Positions 61,732 through 64,000 of a stretch of DNA of 64,000 bases are shown here, piece after piece. Location of the stretch: NCBI GenBank assembly GCA_965248265.1, contig CBDFJF010000002.1, forward strand, positions 3,136,001 to 3,200,000, given 5' to 3'. The stretch is from Candidatus Latescibacterota bacterium. GTDB lineage: Bacteria > Latescibacterota > UBA2968 > UBA8231. Below the pieces are notes generated by a model, which saw only the letters and a program-made list of their open reading frames with translations, searched no databases and was not told the origin of the DNA. Both the position numbers and the translations under genes were made by a program. Every line of letters starts with the position of its first letter. Position 1 is the stretch's first letter.

Positions 61732-62364
61732 ATGTCTTCACGCCGCATCACAATCGCACTCGTATTCTCAGTCGCCATCGGATCAATCCCAAGCTCCTGG
61801 GCCGAAAACGAAGCCGCTGATCAACGCGTCGTCGACACCCTCATCAGACTCGACCGCGACGATCTGTGGGGGGAAGCCGTGATGAAACAGGGTGGGGTAC
61901 GTCCGATCAGAGTGGTATCCATAAAAGGCGACACCGTGGACGTGCGCGAAGTGATAGGGGCGCTCCAAGAGCGCCCCGCGACCTACGCGATCTCTGAGTT
62001 CCGGTCGCTCCGTGAGCTCGGTGAGCACAGGATCCCGATGCGACGGGCACCTTATCGATCAAGCCGTTCGATGGTCAGGGCGTTGGGTCTGGAGTTGGTG
62101 GTACCGGGCGGTGGGTATTTCTATGTCGGCGAGTCCCGCCAGGGCTTGGCCATGCTCGGTTTCTCGGCCCTGGCCGTGGCTACCGCCTTCACCACCGGTG
62201 AATCCGGTGTTGCGGGATGGGTGCCCATTGCCACCTGGTTCAAGATCGCTTCACTGGTTCATCTCGCCGATGAAGTGCAAGCCATGAATGCGGCTCACGC
62301 CACAGCTGCAACCACGTCGTCGTCATCGCCACCGCTCCTGTTGGGGCTCACGCACCGCTTTTAG
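61732..62364 (+). CDS. Hypothetical exported/membrane protein
   Basis: Signal peptide; L..VVPGGGYFYVG motif followed by hydrophobic helices; ends in F; duplicated TTGACAATGC upstream (61604, 61614). Confidence 0.7.
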   Translation: MSSRRITIALVFSVAIGSIPSSWAENEAADQRVVDTLIRLDRDDLWGEAVMKQGGVRPIRVVSIKGDTVDVREVIGALQERPATYAISEFRSLRELGEHRIPMRRAPYRSSRSMVRALGLELVVPGGGYFYVGESRQGLAMLGFSALAVATAFTTGESGVAGWVPIATWFKIASLVHLADEVQAMNAAHATAATTSSSSPPLLLGLTHRF

Positions 62365-62456
62365 TGCCCTGTCACGAAAGTATTCTTGTATTCGGCCGCC
62401 GATTCATCCCGACCTGCTGCGCCCTCATTTCACAAGCCTACTTCCATGACAGGGCA

Positions 62457-64000
62457 CTAATCTGCCGTAGATCCAAAGGCATCCGCGAACAGGAAGAAGT
62501 CGTCGAAGTCGACGATCAGGCTGGCATCAAGGTCGAAGTCGGGGTCCCACCCAAGATTCTCGTCCGTAGTTCCGAAGGCATCCGCGAACAGGAAGAAGTC
62601 CTCGAGGTCGACCCGGCCGCTGCTGTCAAAGTCAGCCGGGAGCTCGGGTCCCGGAGGCTCCTCGCCGGGGGCCAGAACGAGTACCTCGACATTCTCTGAG
62701 TCGGCTCCGTCTTGCGCGTCCGTGGCGGTAAAGGCCAGGGAGGAGGCGCCCACGAATCCCGGGATGGGGTTGATGGTGAGGGTGCGTTCCTGGGCATTCA
62801 CGATGACGGACAACCCACTGCCCGCCAATACGTTCCAGCTGATCTGGCCGACGTCTTCGTCATCCGTTACCAGGGTGTCCAGATCCAACTGTGTGGGTGA
62901 ACCGGCCTCCAGGAACAATCGCGTTAGGTCGACAATTTGAGGCGGATCATCTATGTCCAGGATCAGCACGTCAATGGTATCTGCGACACTGGAGAGATCG
63001 TCGTTGACGGCGATGATGACGGTAAACGATCCTGAGCTGTCCGGTGCAGTCCAAAGCCGTAAAACTCCCGTTTCCTGGTTGAAGTCACTGATCAGGTCGG
63101 CCGACGGTGAAATGACGAATTCCAGGTCGCCGACGTCATCGTCCGAGTCCTCGACCAGGGCATGCAGGTCCAGTTCGAGGCTGTCGTCCTCAGAGATTGT
63201 CAGCGATTGCGGCAACGTAAGCACGGGTGAATCATTGACCGCGATAACCTCAATGGTGGCCGTGTCCTGGCTCTGAGCACCGAAGGCGTCCTCGGCGCTG
63301 ATGGTGAGACTGGCGTTGCCGGAAAAGTCAGCGTCCGGTACCAGGGTAATCTGTTCGCCATCGAAGGCGATCTGCAGGCGGTCACTGGTTACCTCGATGG
63401 TCAATTCTGTATCGTCGACATCGGTGACGAATGCACTCAGTGGCCTGATGGATGTTCCATCCTCGAACATCGTGAACGGCGTTATGGCGACGACCGGCGG
63501 GTCGTTCACGGAGCTTGAAGTGATCAGGTCCGAAGACACCGTCCCAAGATCACCCTCGTCGCCAATGGTTTCGTCGTCAGCCGTAAGGGAAAACGACTCC
63601 TCATCTACGGTCGGGAAGTAGGTCAGATTGGGGAAGGTGGCGACCGCGTTCACGGCCGTCGCCGTGTTGAACTGGAGGGTCCCTGGGGCGTTCGTCGTCA
63701 GTGTGATGGCGTCGTCGAAGTCCGTGTCGAGGAAATCCAGATCATCTCGGGCTTCGACGACTGGCGGAACGTCCAACGCGATGCCGCTGATGGATCCTGC
63801 CGGCTGCGTGGTGAAGGCCAGATGGGTGGCGACAACGTCGATCTCGAGCACTCCCATAGTATCGGAATTGGCCCTTACCATTCCTCTGCCGCCCGTGGAG
63901 GTCAGCAAATCACCGGTGGCAAATGATACCCAAATCGAGTCATGCTCCGTCGCCGTCGTTTCCACCAGCGCGGAGACCAGATAGTGCCGCTCGACCCCTG
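62457..64000 (-). CDS. Large surface protein, 3' part: Ig/cadherin-like (tandem-95 type) repeats with a C-terminal dockerin/EF-hand-like pair
   Basis: Repeated VNDPP/VNDSP/IDDPP...ED...D.DD...P..F.G units; C-terminal DFDSSGRVDLEDFFLFADAFG and DLDASLIVDFDDFFLFADAFG; appears open at the window edge. Confidence 0.85.
   Translation of the reverse strand, partial: GVERHYLVSALVETTATEHDSIWVSFATGDLLTSTGGRGMVRANSDTMGVLEIDVVATHLAFTTQPAGSISGIALDVPPVVEARDDLDFLDTDFDDAITLTTNAPGTLQFNTATAVNAVATFPNLTYFPTVDEESFSLTADDETIGDEGDLGTVSSDLITSSSVNDPPVVAITPFTMFEDGTSIRPLSAFVTDVDDTELTIEVTSDRLQIAFDGEQITLVPDADFSGNASLTISAEDAFGAQSQDTATIEVIAVNDSPVLTLPQSLTISEDDSLELDLHALVEDSDDDVGDLEFVISPSADLISDFNQETGVLRLWTAPDSSGSFTVIIAVNDDLSSVADTIDVLILDIDDPPQIVDLTRLFLEAGSPTQLDLDTLVTDDEDVGQISWNVLAGSGLSVIVNAQERTLTINPIPGFVGASSLAFTATDAQDGADSENVEVLVLAPGEEPPGPELPADFDSSGRVDLEDFFLFADAFGTTDENLGWDPDFDLDASLIVDFDDFFLFADAFGSTAD

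Overview
Chromosomal window from a high-GC bacterium. A C-terminal dockerin/EF-hand-like 'DFFLFADAFG' tag and the overall gene content suggest Ca. Latescibacterota or a relative (inference). Positions 1-22.2 kb hold the rpoB end, rpoC and the str, S10, spc and alpha ribosomal superoperon. rplC (L3) is cleanly missing between rpsJ and rplD, and adk-map-infA are missing after secY. Positions 22.4-33.7 kb hold rlmD, a convergent pair of PilZ-like genes (one frameshifted), an atypical sigma54 activator, a ClpX paralog lacking its Zn finger, an LpoA-like protein, an FmdB protein and a TPR lipoprotein. Positions 34-49 kb hold a MoxR-DUF58-Bat operon with a Gld-like ABC cassette inside it. Positions 49-54 kb hold a 34-bp tandem repeat, a MurG-HEAT fusion with a divergent MraY, and a frameshifted YcgR-like gene behind a sigma28-type promoter. 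Positions 54-64 kb hold recG, a GT-C glycosyltransferase, an HTH gene with ssb, an S1/P1-like nuclease, an internally deleted PolX/PHP, cysQ and the 3' part of a large surface protein. The most interesting unannotated signal is an ~80-nt transcription unit at 61464-61577 (-), with a sigma28-type promoter, two CsrA/RsmA-consensus sites and an intrinsic terminator. It is a candidate CsrA-titrating sRNA. No rRNA, tRNA, CRISPR array or transposase was seen. All calls are by eye and no searches were run.
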